Shown piece after piece: positions 16,453 through 24,637 of a stretch of 43,578 nucleotides of DNA; the first letter of the stretch is position 1; each line of letters starts with the position of its first letter. Made by a program: the position numbers and the translations under genes. The stretch comes from a virus (lineage: Duplodnaviria; Caudoviricetes), in the IMG/VR virus record IMGVR_UViG_3300048851_000038, positions 1-43,578 of that record; one strand, 5' to 3'. The notes under the pieces are model-generated. The model did no database searches. It was not told the origin of the DNA and saw only the letters and a list, made by a program, of their open reading frames with translations.

Positions 16453-17086
16453 CCGTGTCCTGCGCGAGGCCGAGCAGATTGAGGGCGCGAAGGGTGAGCT
16501 CCGCAAAGCTTGCTCCGTTCACGCCTTCCACGCCGTCGGCGATCGCCGCCAGCTCGACGCGGTGCATCTCGTCCTCGAGCCGGTCGAGCAGATCGAGCGG
16601 CACGACACCGTCCTCGAGACGGAACGACAGGTTCACGTTCGACCAACCGGCAAGGAACTGACCCAGCGCGACCTTGGGCGCGTCCTGGTTGAAGCGGGCA
16701 TTGTCCGCGTTCATGCGGCGGAGCAGCGGCCATGCATCGGTGAGACGATCGACCGCTAGCATGATGGCTTCCGCCTCGCGCGGATCGACAGCAATCGTGT
16801 CGTCCTTCCGCGCTTGGCGCAGCGTCTCGTTGAAGGTGGTCAGCCGCGCCTCGTTGGCGGCGAGCTGGTCGGGATCGCCCGTCCACAGCTCCCGCATGGC
16901 CCGAAGAACCTCTGCCTCCACCACCGGCTCGGGATGGAAGCGCAGGCCCTCTTCGATCAGCGCTTGGCTGTACCGGCGCTTCGAGCGCGGCGTGGCCGGT
17001 CGGAGCCGAAATACCGGCTTCGGCTCGACGTTGGCGAAGCTGCCGGGCGTGAAGACCGACAGCTCCGTGTTGGTGACGGGGATCAT
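16298..17086 (-). CDS. Tail assembly chaperone (gpG-like)
   Basis: Located between the major tail and tape measure genes; ATG at 17086 (MIPVTNTE...); contains a slippery heptamer at 16445-16451. Confidence 0.75.
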   Translation of the reverse strand: MIPVTNTELSVFTPGSFANVEPKPVFRLRPATPRSKRRYSQALIEEGLRFHPEPVVEAEVLRAMRELWTGDPDQLAANEARLTTFNETLRQARKDDTIAVDPREAEAIMLAVDRLTDAWPLLRRMNADNARFNQDAPKVALGQFLAGWSNVNLSFRLEDGVVPLDLLDRLEDEMHRVELAAIADGVEGVNGASFAELTLRALNLLGLAQDTEKNSQAPSSQSDTPNGSTAAGSDQSNEASDPSTPPLESLSSSGYAAETPTA

Positions 17087-17097
17087 TCGGGTTCCGA

Positions 17098-18291
17098 TCA
17101 GAAGGTCGGGATAAAGGGAATGGAGAGTGCGATCGTTCGCGCGGCACCATCGATGAAGGCTTGTCCTGTGGTGGAGACGAACGCGCCCGAATTGTCCGGC
17201 GATCGCGGTGCGAACCGCATATCGGTGACGGTAAGACCAAAGGCATTGCCGCTGCCGAGACCCCAAAGCGCGAACAACGGATAATATGCCTGGCTGTCCG
17301 ACATGGTGAGATCGTCGAAAGTGGCGATCGCGACCTGGTTCAGCGTCAGGTCGACAGTGCGCGTGGTCTCGGTGAGCTGCGCGGCATCGTTGCCGGACTG
17401 CTTGTTCGGATTCGGTGGATAGCCGACCTGCGCGCCCAAATCGATGGAGATGGACGAGCCCCCGACCTGCGTGTCGCTGACCCACAGCTTGCCATCCCGA
17501 AACGGCGGGATCGCGAGGCCGGTCGGCGGAGCAGGTGGGACGGCGTCAACAGCACTATGCAGATCACCGGAAAGGGTGAACTCGATCGATGGGAGCTCCT
17601 GGCTCTCGCGTCCCGCCGCGGGCAGATTGATGCGGAACGACGAAATCGCACAGCCGAACCCATTGTAGCGCCGCCCGCCGATCCAGCACGACACCGACAG
17701 CGTCGGGGGCGCGTCCGGGCTGAGCACGTACGAGAGCTGGGGCACCAGTTGGTAGTTGCCAGTGATCGCAGCGCCAGCCTTTTCCGCGAGCCGCGCGGCT
17801 TTGGTCGCGCCGACATAGTCGCGAACCGCGGACAGGCCGGCGCGGTTCGCACCCAGGCCGGACAGGGCCATCAACAATCCGTTGTAGATGTCGTCGGTCG
17901 TCGATGCTGCGGCGCCGAGAACCGCAGTGTTGGCGGTACTACCTGTGCCCAGCGCAGCTGGTGCCGCGGGCACGGCGGTCGCAGTGATAAGCTCTGCGAA
18001 GCCTGCCGCGCGCAAGATCCGGCCGGCGACCCAAGTGTTCGCCGCCGGTGGAGCGGCGCCGCCTGGCCCGCGGAGATATACGCGTCCGGTGACGCTGAAC
18101 GTCTTGCCGAATACGACCGGACCAGGGCGATGAATTGATCCGGTGTATTCCCGAACGTCGGCGGTGATACCGTCGATCGTGGGACGTAGATCCGCCACCG
18201 CGATCAAGTCGGAGAGGGCAGGCGCGACGTACGCCCCGGAGGTCGTCTCGACCGCAATGCCGAGCACCGAATTGAGAGAAAGGTCGGCCAT
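17098..18291 (-). CDS. Major tail (tube) protein
   Basis: 397 aa, beta-rich (E..G.Y..P motif near the N-terminus), AAAGGA RBS, upstream of the chaperone. Confidence 0.75.
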   Translation of the reverse strand: MADLSLNSVLGIAVETTSGAYVAPALSDLIAVADLRPTIDGITADVREYTGSIHRPGPVVFGKTFSVTGRVYLRGPGGAAPPAANTWVAGRILRAAGFAELITATAVPAAPAALGTGSTANTAVLGAAASTTDDIYNGLLMALSGLGANRAGLSAVRDYVGATKAARLAEKAGAAITGNYQLVPQLSYVLSPDAPPTLSVSCWIGGRRYNGFGCAISSFRINLPAAGRESQELPSIEFTLSGDLHSAVDAVPPAPPTGLAIPPFRDGKLWVSDTQVGGSSISIDLGAQVGYPPNPNKQSGNDAAQLTETTRTVDLTLNQVAIATFDDLTMSDSQAYYPLFALWGLGSGNAFGLTVTDMRFAPRSPDNSGAFVSTTGQAFIDGAARTIALSIPFIPTF

Positions 18292-18316
18292 GTCGATTCC
18301 TTTACTGGCGCGGCAG

Positions 18317-18667
18317 TCAGGCGGCCGGGCTGGGGATGAGGGCGGTCAGGTCTGCGACCTTGTCCTGCGCGTTGGCTTCGCCCTGAACCTTGATCGGCTC
18401 CACCAGCCACGAGGCAGTCACCGCGAACCAGCTGCCGCCGGTACCCTCATAGGTGACTTTGTCGCCGGCGACCGGCTCGCGATCAGTTGGCTCGTTGATG
18501 GCCTGCTCGGTCTCGGCTGACGCCGACGGTTCGATCAGCAGGGCGCCTGCGAGCATGTCGGCTCCCACCTTGCCGGCGGCATCATTCGCCAGCAGCTGGT
18601 TCATGTCGATCGAGGCATTAGGCAAAGCGGCTGCGCTCGCCGGCGCGGAGGCCGTCGTCTGGGTCAT
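18317..18667 (-). CDS. Hypothetical virion-region protein
   Basis: Co-oriented ORF with AAAGGA RBS between the tail terminator and tube genes. Confidence 0.6.
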   Translation of the reverse strand: MTQTTASAPASAAALPNASIDMNQLLANDAAGKVGADMLAGALLIEPSASAETEQAINEPTDREPVAGDKVTYEGTGGSWFAVTASWLVEPIKVQGEANAQDKVADLTALIPSPAA

Positions 18668-18692
18668 CGTCGATGTCCTTTGGTGGCGTGGT

Positions 18693-19148
18693 TCAGAACT
18701 GGCGCGAGGCGCCGAGAATGGTGGTGAAATCGCCGCGGGGCGTCAGGAAGCTCAGTTCGCCGGTGAGCGTCGCGCAGCCCAGATCGGGCATGGCATCGAT
18801 CTCCGCGGTAGCGGACCGAAGCTCCAGCGATTCGAGCATGCCGCCTACGGTGCGGTCTGCCGCGATCAGGCCATTGGCCTTCGCGATCATGACGGCGTGC
18901 CGGCGGGTGATGGTGGCCGCGCTGAGCAGCTGGTCGTAGAAGTCAAAGTCGACTGTCACCTCATGCCGCATCTCGGCCATGCCGATGGGTGTGAACTGGA
19001 CGTCGACGATGCGGATCACGACGCAGGGCCGCTCCTCATCAAGGATGGGCTCCTCGTCGGAGCGGTCAACGAACACGGACATGTTCATCTGAGTGAGCAG
19101 GTCCTGCAGGCCGTCGGAGACTTTGGTGATTGCGGGATCGCCGGCCAT
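18693..19148 (-). CDS. Putative tail terminator/completion protein
   Basis: Size, acidic beta-rich composition and synteny; TAATG coupling with the upstream gene. Confidence 0.6.
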   Translation of the reverse strand: MAGDPAITKVSDGLQDLLTQMNMSVFVDRSDEEPILDEERPCVVIRIVDVQFTPIGMAEMRHEVTVDFDFYDQLLSAATITRRHAVMIAKANGLIAADRTVGGMLESLELRSATAEIDAMPDLGCATLTGELSFLTPRGDFTTILGASRQF

Positions 19149-19480
19149 TATTCAGCTCGCTTCAGATCGATGATCCAGCCGGCGCCGGTGGTGGAGCGAC
19201 GGCGGTCTGCCATTGCGAACAACTGCTCGCCGAGCAGGGTGATGCGGATGCGGTCGGCTGAGCTCGGCAGCGCTACGATGTCGTTCGGCACTTCAACGCT
19301 GAGCGCGTCGGTGCGCGAGGAACTGCTGCCGGTGTTGGCGTCCGCGGTGTCGAATTCGACCCATGCGTTGAAGGTGATCGGGGCGATCGCGCCGTCACCG
19401 AACGTATAGGTGATCTCATCGCCCAGGACGTCGTTGACGCCACGCTCAAGAGCAAGCGTGGCGTCGCGGAGCGTCGTCAT
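19148..19480 (-). CDS. Head-tail joining protein (gpFII-like)
   Basis: 110 aa; GDEITYT...W..DL pattern; synteny after the capsid gene. Confidence 0.6.
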   Translation of the reverse strand: MTTLRDATLALERGVNDVLGDEITYTFGDGAIAPITFNAWVEFDTADANTGSSSSRTDALSVEVPNDIVALPSSADRIRITLLGEQLFAMADRRRSTTGAGWIIDLKRAE

Positions 19481-19857
19481 TCGGTGGGCGCGCCGCCGTC
19501 GCCGGCACCGAGCGGGCTGGCGTTTAGTTCGGCGACGCGGGCTTCGGCAGCGGCCTTGCCGTCGACCAGCTCGCCATCGTCGGGCAGACCGGGGCCGGTC
19601 ACGATGAACTTGCCACCGGAGCGGTGCTTCGCGCTGTACGCAGGCGCGCCGCCGTCGCCGGCGCCGGTCTCATCATCATCGTCGGCAGCATGATCGCCGT
19701 CGGGATGCTGCCACCCCTTCGGCCTCTCGATCGACTTGTCGATGACGAAGTCGTTGAGCAGCTCGGCCGGCACCGGATGGCTCTCGCCCTTTTTGGCGAC
19801 GATCATGCTGGTGCCGTCGTGGAACACCCGCTGGCGCAGGAACTTATGCTTGGTCAT
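19477..19857 (-). CDS. Hypothetical protein after the major capsid gene
   Basis: AGGAGG RBS; occupies the position of lambda FI. Confidence 0.6.
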   Translation of the reverse strand: MTKHKFLRQRVFHDGTSMIVAKKGESHPVPAELLNDFVIDKSIERPKGWQHPDGDHAADDDDETGAGDGGAPAYSAKHRSGGKFIVTGPGLPDDGELVDGKAAAEARVAELNASPLGAGDGGAPTE

Positions 19858-19883
19858 TCAACCCTCCTGTGAGGTGTTGCGGA

Positions 19884-20900
19884 TCAGATCTGTGCGCGGA
19901 GCACGAGATCGGGGCGAAGGTTGAGGAAGCCGGGATAGGAGTAGATCTCCGGCTGGACGTATTGGTCGCGGTCCTTGTCGCGGACGAGCAGCGGGTAATA
20001 GCGACGCCCCATCTGGTGCATCGTCTCGAACCGCTCGTTGCACGGCCCCATCACATGCTTGAACATCCGCGGCACGCCGACCGGGAAGATTTTGCACTGG
20101 TTGGCGGTGATGCCGATCTGCGTGGTGCCGCGGTAGCGGATCCACGTCACGCCGCCGAATTCAAAGCCCTCGTAGCGCTTCATGCCGCGCAGGTCGGCCG
20201 CGGCAGACCAGTTGAGGTACGTCTTCTCGACATCGGGATGAGTGACGAGGCGGTTGAAGAACGCCGCGCTGCACAGCGCCTTGATGGCGAAGTTCGGTGC
20301 ATTGCCTGCCAGGCTAGCCGTCTCAATCGGCGTGACGATCAGCTCGTCAATGTCGCGGCGCAGCTTGCCCGGCACCGGAGTGGGGTTGTCGAGATCGAGA
20401 TCGATCACGGACGGCTGCGAGATCCCGAACTCCGAGTAGAAGTCGATGACCAGCGAGCCGTTGGGGTTGTACACGGCGCCATTTAGCGCGCCGAGACGGT
20501 GGAATTCCTCGGTGCCCTCGAGATCGGTGATCAGCTGGTCCTGCTTGCGCGCCAGCACCTTGCCGACTGTCTCGACTTCCCCTTCGCCGTCATATGGACG
20601 CAGGTTGGCGATCTGGTGGGCGAATATCTGATCGCCCTTGGCGAGGCGCGGCAGCTTGAACTGGCGAACGGCCTTCGCCGGCTCGGTGCCCATCTCGATC
20701 GGCGCACCGCGCAGTGTGGTGTTGATCAGGTTCAGCTGGCCGTTGCGGAACTCGATCTGAATGGTGTCGGTGTTCACCGGCTCCGGTTCGAAGCCGATGA
20801 GGGTGTCCAGCCCGGTCGGCACATAGGGCATCTTGTCGATACCCTCGAGCATGCTGCTGACCGAGAAGTAGGGGTCGGTGAAGACGTCGAAGGTAATCAT
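19884..20900 (-). CDS. Major capsid protein (lambda gpE family)
   Basis: 338 aa; motifs TEEFHRLGALNG, DFYSEFG, FEFGGVTW, QPEIYSYP...RPDLV typical of capsid E. Confidence 0.9.
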   Translation of the reverse strand: MITFDVFTDPYFSVSSMLEGIDKMPYVPTGLDTLIGFEPEPVNTDTIQIEFRNGQLNLINTTLRGAPIEMGTEPAKAVRQFKLPRLAKGDQIFAHQIANLRPYDGEGEVETVGKVLARKQDQLITDLEGTEEFHRLGALNGAVYNPNGSLVIDFYSEFGISQPSVIDLDLDNPTPVPGKLRRDIDELIVTPIETASLAGNAPNFAIKALCSAAFFNRLVTHPDVEKTYLNWSAAADLRGMKRYEGFEFGGVTWIRYRGTTQIGITANQCKIFPVGVPRMFKHVMGPCNERFETMHQMGRRYYPLLVRDKDRDQYVQPEIYSYPGFLNLRPDLVLRAQI

Positions 20901-20930
20901 CTAAAAGGTCCTTCTGTGCGGAGAAGCGCG

Positions 20931-21320
20931 TCAGGCGCGCTGGGGCAGGACGGAAAGGCCGATGCCGCGCAGGCCCTCGATCGCAGCCGCTTGCTGCGTC
21001 GCGTTGAGGCTGCCCTTGTGGATCAAGTCGTTGCCGTTGATGGTTGCGGGGCCGCGGCGCGTCGCCACCGTGGTGACGTCGGCGCTGGTGGCGTCGACCT
21101 TGTGGAACAAGATGCCGGCGGGGGTCTGCGAGCCATCGGCTCCAGCCGGATCATGCGCGACGAACTTCTTGCTCGCCGTGATGCGGCCCAGGATCTGGCC
21201 GGGGTAGAGAACGCCCTGGCCCGAGGCCACGATGATCTCTTCGTTGACCATGTTCGGGCCGGCGCACTCGCCGAGATAGTTGCCCGAACGGCGGAACTCG
21301 TAATTGATAGGGGCAGGCAT
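20931..21320 (-). CDS. Head decoration protein (gpD-like)
   Basis: LYPGQILGRITASKKFVAHDP..ADGSQTPAGIL motif; immediately upstream of the capsid gene. Confidence 0.85.
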   Translation of the reverse strand: MPAPINYEFRRSGNYLGECAGPNMVNEEIIVASGQGVLYPGQILGRITASKKFVAHDPAGADGSQTPAGILFHKVDATSADVTTVATRRGPATINGNDLIHKGSLNATQQAAAIEGLRGIGLSVLPQRA

Positions 21321-21332
21321 GGGTGTGGCTCC

Positions 21333-21818
21333 TTAACTGCCGCGGGTACCGCGGATCTTGGCCCAGAAATCACCGGCGCTAGCGCGGCTGGTGTCGGTGT
21401 CGTCGCCCGCTCCAAGCTCCGGGTTCGGCTGGCTGGTGAGGCGCTCGAGCATGGCGTCGGCCGCCCCGCCGCCGCCCTTCGGCATGGTCGCGAGCAAGCC
21501 GGTGATTTCCTCGGCGCTCATTGACGTGCCGAGCATGTTGAGCGCCTGGCGCTCCCGCCCGACGGTGTGTTCGGACTGCGCGACGGCAGAAACACGGGCG
21601 CGCTCGGATGCCGAGGCGTCGGGCGCCGGGTCGGGTTCTGGGGCAGGATCTGTCACCGGATCGGGTTCATCCGCATGTTGCGTGCTGGTGCCGCCGGTCG
21701 ATCCGCCGCCTTCGACGATTACAACATCGTCGCCGTGCAGCTCGTTTTCGGCAGCCGCCGTCAGGACGCGAGCTTCCTTACCTAGACTCGCGAAGCGCGA
21801 GCCGAGTGCGATACGCAT
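21333..21818 (-). CDS. Capsid scaffolding protein (Nu3-like)
   Basis: ERARVSAV...GRERQA...TSMSAEE pattern typical of scaffold C-termini; lies between the protease and decoration genes. Confidence 0.65.
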   Translation of the reverse strand: MRIALGSRFASLGKEARVLTAAAENELHGDDVVIVEGGGSTGGTSTQHADEPDPVTDPAPEPDPAPDASASERARVSAVAQSEHTVGRERQALNMLGTSMSAEEITGLLATMPKGGGGAADAMLERLTSQPNPELGAGDDTDTSRASAGDFWAKIRGTRGS

Positions 21819-21843
21819 TGCAATTTCCTTTCGTGAGGGCCGG

Positions 21844-22743
21844 TCAGGAAGACCGCGCCAGGGAGCGCTGGAGCTTCGCCCAGGCTTCGGTTTCGGACAT
21901 GACGCCGTCGATCAGGCCCAGCTTGAGCGCCTCGGCAGCGGGGAACCAGTCGGCCTCGGTGCCAAGCACCGCTGCCTTCGACATGCGCCGGCCGGCGGCG
22001 ACGAGCGCGGCGAAGCGGTCGCGGGTCTCGTCGACCCAGCTCTGCAGCTTCGCGCGTGTGCGATCGTCGAGCGTCTCGGTGGGGCCGCCTCGCGCCTTCT
22101 GCTCGCCGGCACGGATCATCTCGACCTTGATGCCTTCCTTGGAGAGGCTCTCTGTGACGTCGACGTGCATGCAATAGACGCCGATCGAGCCGGCGATGGC
22201 ATCGGCGGGCGCGTAGATCTTGTCGCAGACCGAGGCGAGGGCGTAGGCGGCGGAGCAGGCTTGCTCGTTCACGAACGCCCAGATCGGCTTGCCGCCCTCA
22301 CTCTTGGTGTAGCTGGCCAGCTCGGCGGCGAGCGAGAAGCAGCCGGCAGTCGCGCCACCGGGGCTGTCGATGTCCAGCCAGATCGCCTTGACCTCACGGT
22401 CCGCCATCGCGGTGCGCGCCTTCTGCGCGATGCCATCATAGCCGGTCAGGCCCGACATTGGGTCAACGTACCCATATTTGTGCACCAAGGTGCCGTCGAT
22501 CTCGATCACGGCGACGTTGCCCTCGATCGGGTAGAGCTTGTCGCGTGCCCGGCCGCGGAACGTCGCGTCACTGGCGCTGGCGTTCAAATCCAGCGCGTCG
22601 AGCGTGACGCCATCGATGCGTTCGAACGACATGACGCCGAGCCGCTCTTGCAAGGCGGCGACGATCACCTCGGCTTTGGCCGGATCGATCATCAAGGGCA
22701 CGTTGAACAGCTGGCTGGACGCCAGGCGGGCTAGTCGGCTCAT
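21844..22743 (-). CDS. Prohead maturation protease, S49 family (gpC-like)
   Basis: LDIDSPGG, ACSAAYALAS, GSIGV, A..GLIDG motifs. Confidence 0.92.
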   Translation of the reverse strand: MSRLARLASSQLFNVPLMIDPAKAEVIVAALQERLGVMSFERIDGVTLDALDLNASASDATFRGRARDKLYPIEGNVAVIEIDGTLVHKYGYVDPMSGLTGYDGIAQKARTAMADREVKAIWLDIDSPGGATAGCFSLAAELASYTKSEGGKPIWAFVNEQACSAAYALASVCDKIYAPADAIAGSIGVYCMHVDVTESLSKEGIKVEMIRAGEQKARGGPTETLDDRTRAKLQSWVDETRDRFAALVAAGRRMSKAAVLGTEADWFPAAEALKLGLIDGVMSETEAWAKLQRSLARSS

Positions 22744-24389
22744 CGTTCAGCTCCGGCGGTTTCGCGCGCGTCGGCGCTGTCGGGATCGTCTTCGTCGTTG
22801 CCGCCACCAGCATTGCCGGTCGCGGTCTGCGGCTCCCCAACTATCGGCAGGCCGTAGGCGCGGCGCTGCTCCATCTCGCGCTTCTCCTGCCACACGACTT
22901 CCTCCCAATCGCGGCCCTGCTCGGCACAATCGATTTCGAGGTTGGACACGCCGCCGGCGCGATCGATCGCGGAGCCTTCGGCTTCCTTCTTGCGGTCGAT
23001 GATGCCACGGCCCGGCCCCATCCACTCGCATTGGGTCAGGGCATCGCGGAACACGTAGAACATGGCCTTGCCGCCGGGGATCTCGACCATATCGCGGGCC
23101 ACCGCTTCCTCGAGCCATGCGGCGAAGAGCGGGGTGCAGAACGATTGCGTGAACAGGTGGCGATCGGCCAGGAACCCGCGCCAGATCTCGTTGAGCAGCG
23201 TGCGAGCGCTGGAATAGTTGATGCCCGACCAGTCGTTGCTGAGCTGCTCGTAGGAAATACCCAGCGCCGAGGCGATCGCGCGCAGGATGTAGTTCTGGAA
23301 CGAGACGAAGTTGGTCGACGCGCGCTCGGCGGTGAGCGTCTTGAGGTCGTCGCCGTCCGGCAGAACCGCAACCCGCACCCCGTTGAAGGTGAGATCGGCC
23401 TCCTCGTAGAACCCGGCGCGCGCCAGCTCCCCTTCGTCACCGTTGCCGTCATCGGCCGGCGCCATCGATGCGGCCATGTCCGCAGAGCTGCGTGTCGTGG
23501 TAGCGAACAGGCCGAACACGGCATTGGCGATCTGCGCCTGCAATTCCGTCTTATCGGCGAGGTGCTGCTGCTGAACCCGCGCCATCACCGAGGCGAGGCG
23601 GCCGATCGCGTGGTGCTGGTGCGCGCGGCGCTTGTTCAGCGCGCGGACGAACAGCGAGCGGCCGGTCGGTCCCTCGCGCGGCACGCGCTCCCACTTGCTG
23701 GTTTCCAGATCCCAGCCGGCATCACCCGGGTGAGCCTTGCGGACGTGGTAGGCGGTCTCGGCACCATATTGGTCCAGCTCGACACCGCCGCGCAGCCGCG
23801 CACTGTCGGGCTTGCCCGCTGGGTTCGACAGGCGATCCGGGTCGACGATCTGGACCGCGGTGCTGAACAGGCCACCACGCTCGATCATCATCACCGCCGC
23901 ACAGGCGCTGCCGTCGGTCACGTAGTGCCGATAGGCGAGCTGGATCATGCCGCCGAACTGGTGATGGCGCTCGACGTCGCAGAGGAAGCGGGTCGAGTTG
24001 GCCCAGATCCGGAACAGCGACTCGACCTGCTTTGCCCAGGCTGCCGCCCATTCCGCCGACATGCCGATCGCGGCGAAGTTCGGCTTCAGCTTCAGCCGGA
24101 TGTTGGACCCGATCACAGCGTCGACGCGGCGATCGATGCCGCCGGCGATCAGGCCGTTGTTCCGGTCGATATCGCGCGTGCGGGCGACGATCCGGTCGCG
24201 CGACTGCATCACCTCGCTGTCGGCGCTGCGCAGGGCAGGGTAGAAACCGGCGAGCTCCTGGCTGCTGCCACCGGCGACATAGGCGTGGTTGGTCAGCGTC
24301 ATCACGCCAGCCGAGGCGCGCGTCTTCGGCGCGGCGACCGTTGCGGTGATGGTGCCGTTGGGCATCCCGCCCGCTGTCACAGGCGTCAC
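22740..24389 (-). CDS. Portal protein, lambda family
   Basis: ARTRDIDRNNG, GGVELDQYG...AYHV, LGISYEQLSNDWSGINYSSAR motifs; likely GTG start overlapping the gpW stop. Confidence 0.92.
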   Translation of the reverse strand: MTPVTAGGMPNGTITATVAAPKTRASAGVMTLTNHAYVAGGSSQELAGFYPALRSADSEVMQSRDRIVARTRDIDRNNGLIAGGIDRRVDAVIGSNIRLKLKPNFAAIGMSAEWAAAWAKQVESLFRIWANSTRFLCDVERHHQFGGMIQLAYRHYVTDGSACAAVMMIERGGLFSTAVQIVDPDRLSNPAGKPDSARLRGGVELDQYGAETAYHVRKAHPGDAGWDLETSKWERVPREGPTGRSLFVRALNKRRAHQHHAIGRLASVMARVQQQHLADKTELQAQIANAVFGLFATTTRSSADMAASMAPADDGNGDEGELARAGFYEEADLTFNGVRVAVLPDGDDLKTLTAERASTNFVSFQNYILRAIASALGISYEQLSNDWSGINYSSARTLLNEIWRGFLADRHLFTQSFCTPLFAAWLEEAVARDMVEIPGGKAMFYVFRDALTQCEWMGPGRGIIDRKKEAEGSAIDRAGGVSNLEIDCAEQGRDWEEVVWQEKREMEQRRAYGLPIVGEPQTATGNAGGGNDEDDPDSADARETAGAER

Positions 24390-24637
24390 CGCCCGTTGAA
24401 CCTCACGCTGAGCGCGTGGAAGCGCGGGCGGCTGGTGCCGGCATCCACCGCCAAGGCGGCGAGATCGGAATCGATATCGTCGATCGCCGACTTGATGTCG
24501 GCGGCGGTCATGTCGCGGTAGACGACGCGGCGACCGTCGCGAAAATACTCTTTCACGCTCTGACCGCCGAGCAGCGAGATGCGCGCGGCGCGCAGTGCTG
24601 CCTTGTCCGCCTCCAGCTCTTCTCGTGTGGCCATCAT
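24386..24637 (-). CDS. Head-to-tail joining protein gpW-like
   Basis: AARISLLGGQSV...DGRRVVY pattern between terminase and portal. Confidence 0.8.
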   Translation of the reverse strand: MMATREELEADKAALRAARISLLGGQSVKEYFRDGRRVVYRDMTAADIKSAIDDIDSDLAALAVDAGTSRPRFHALSVRFNGR

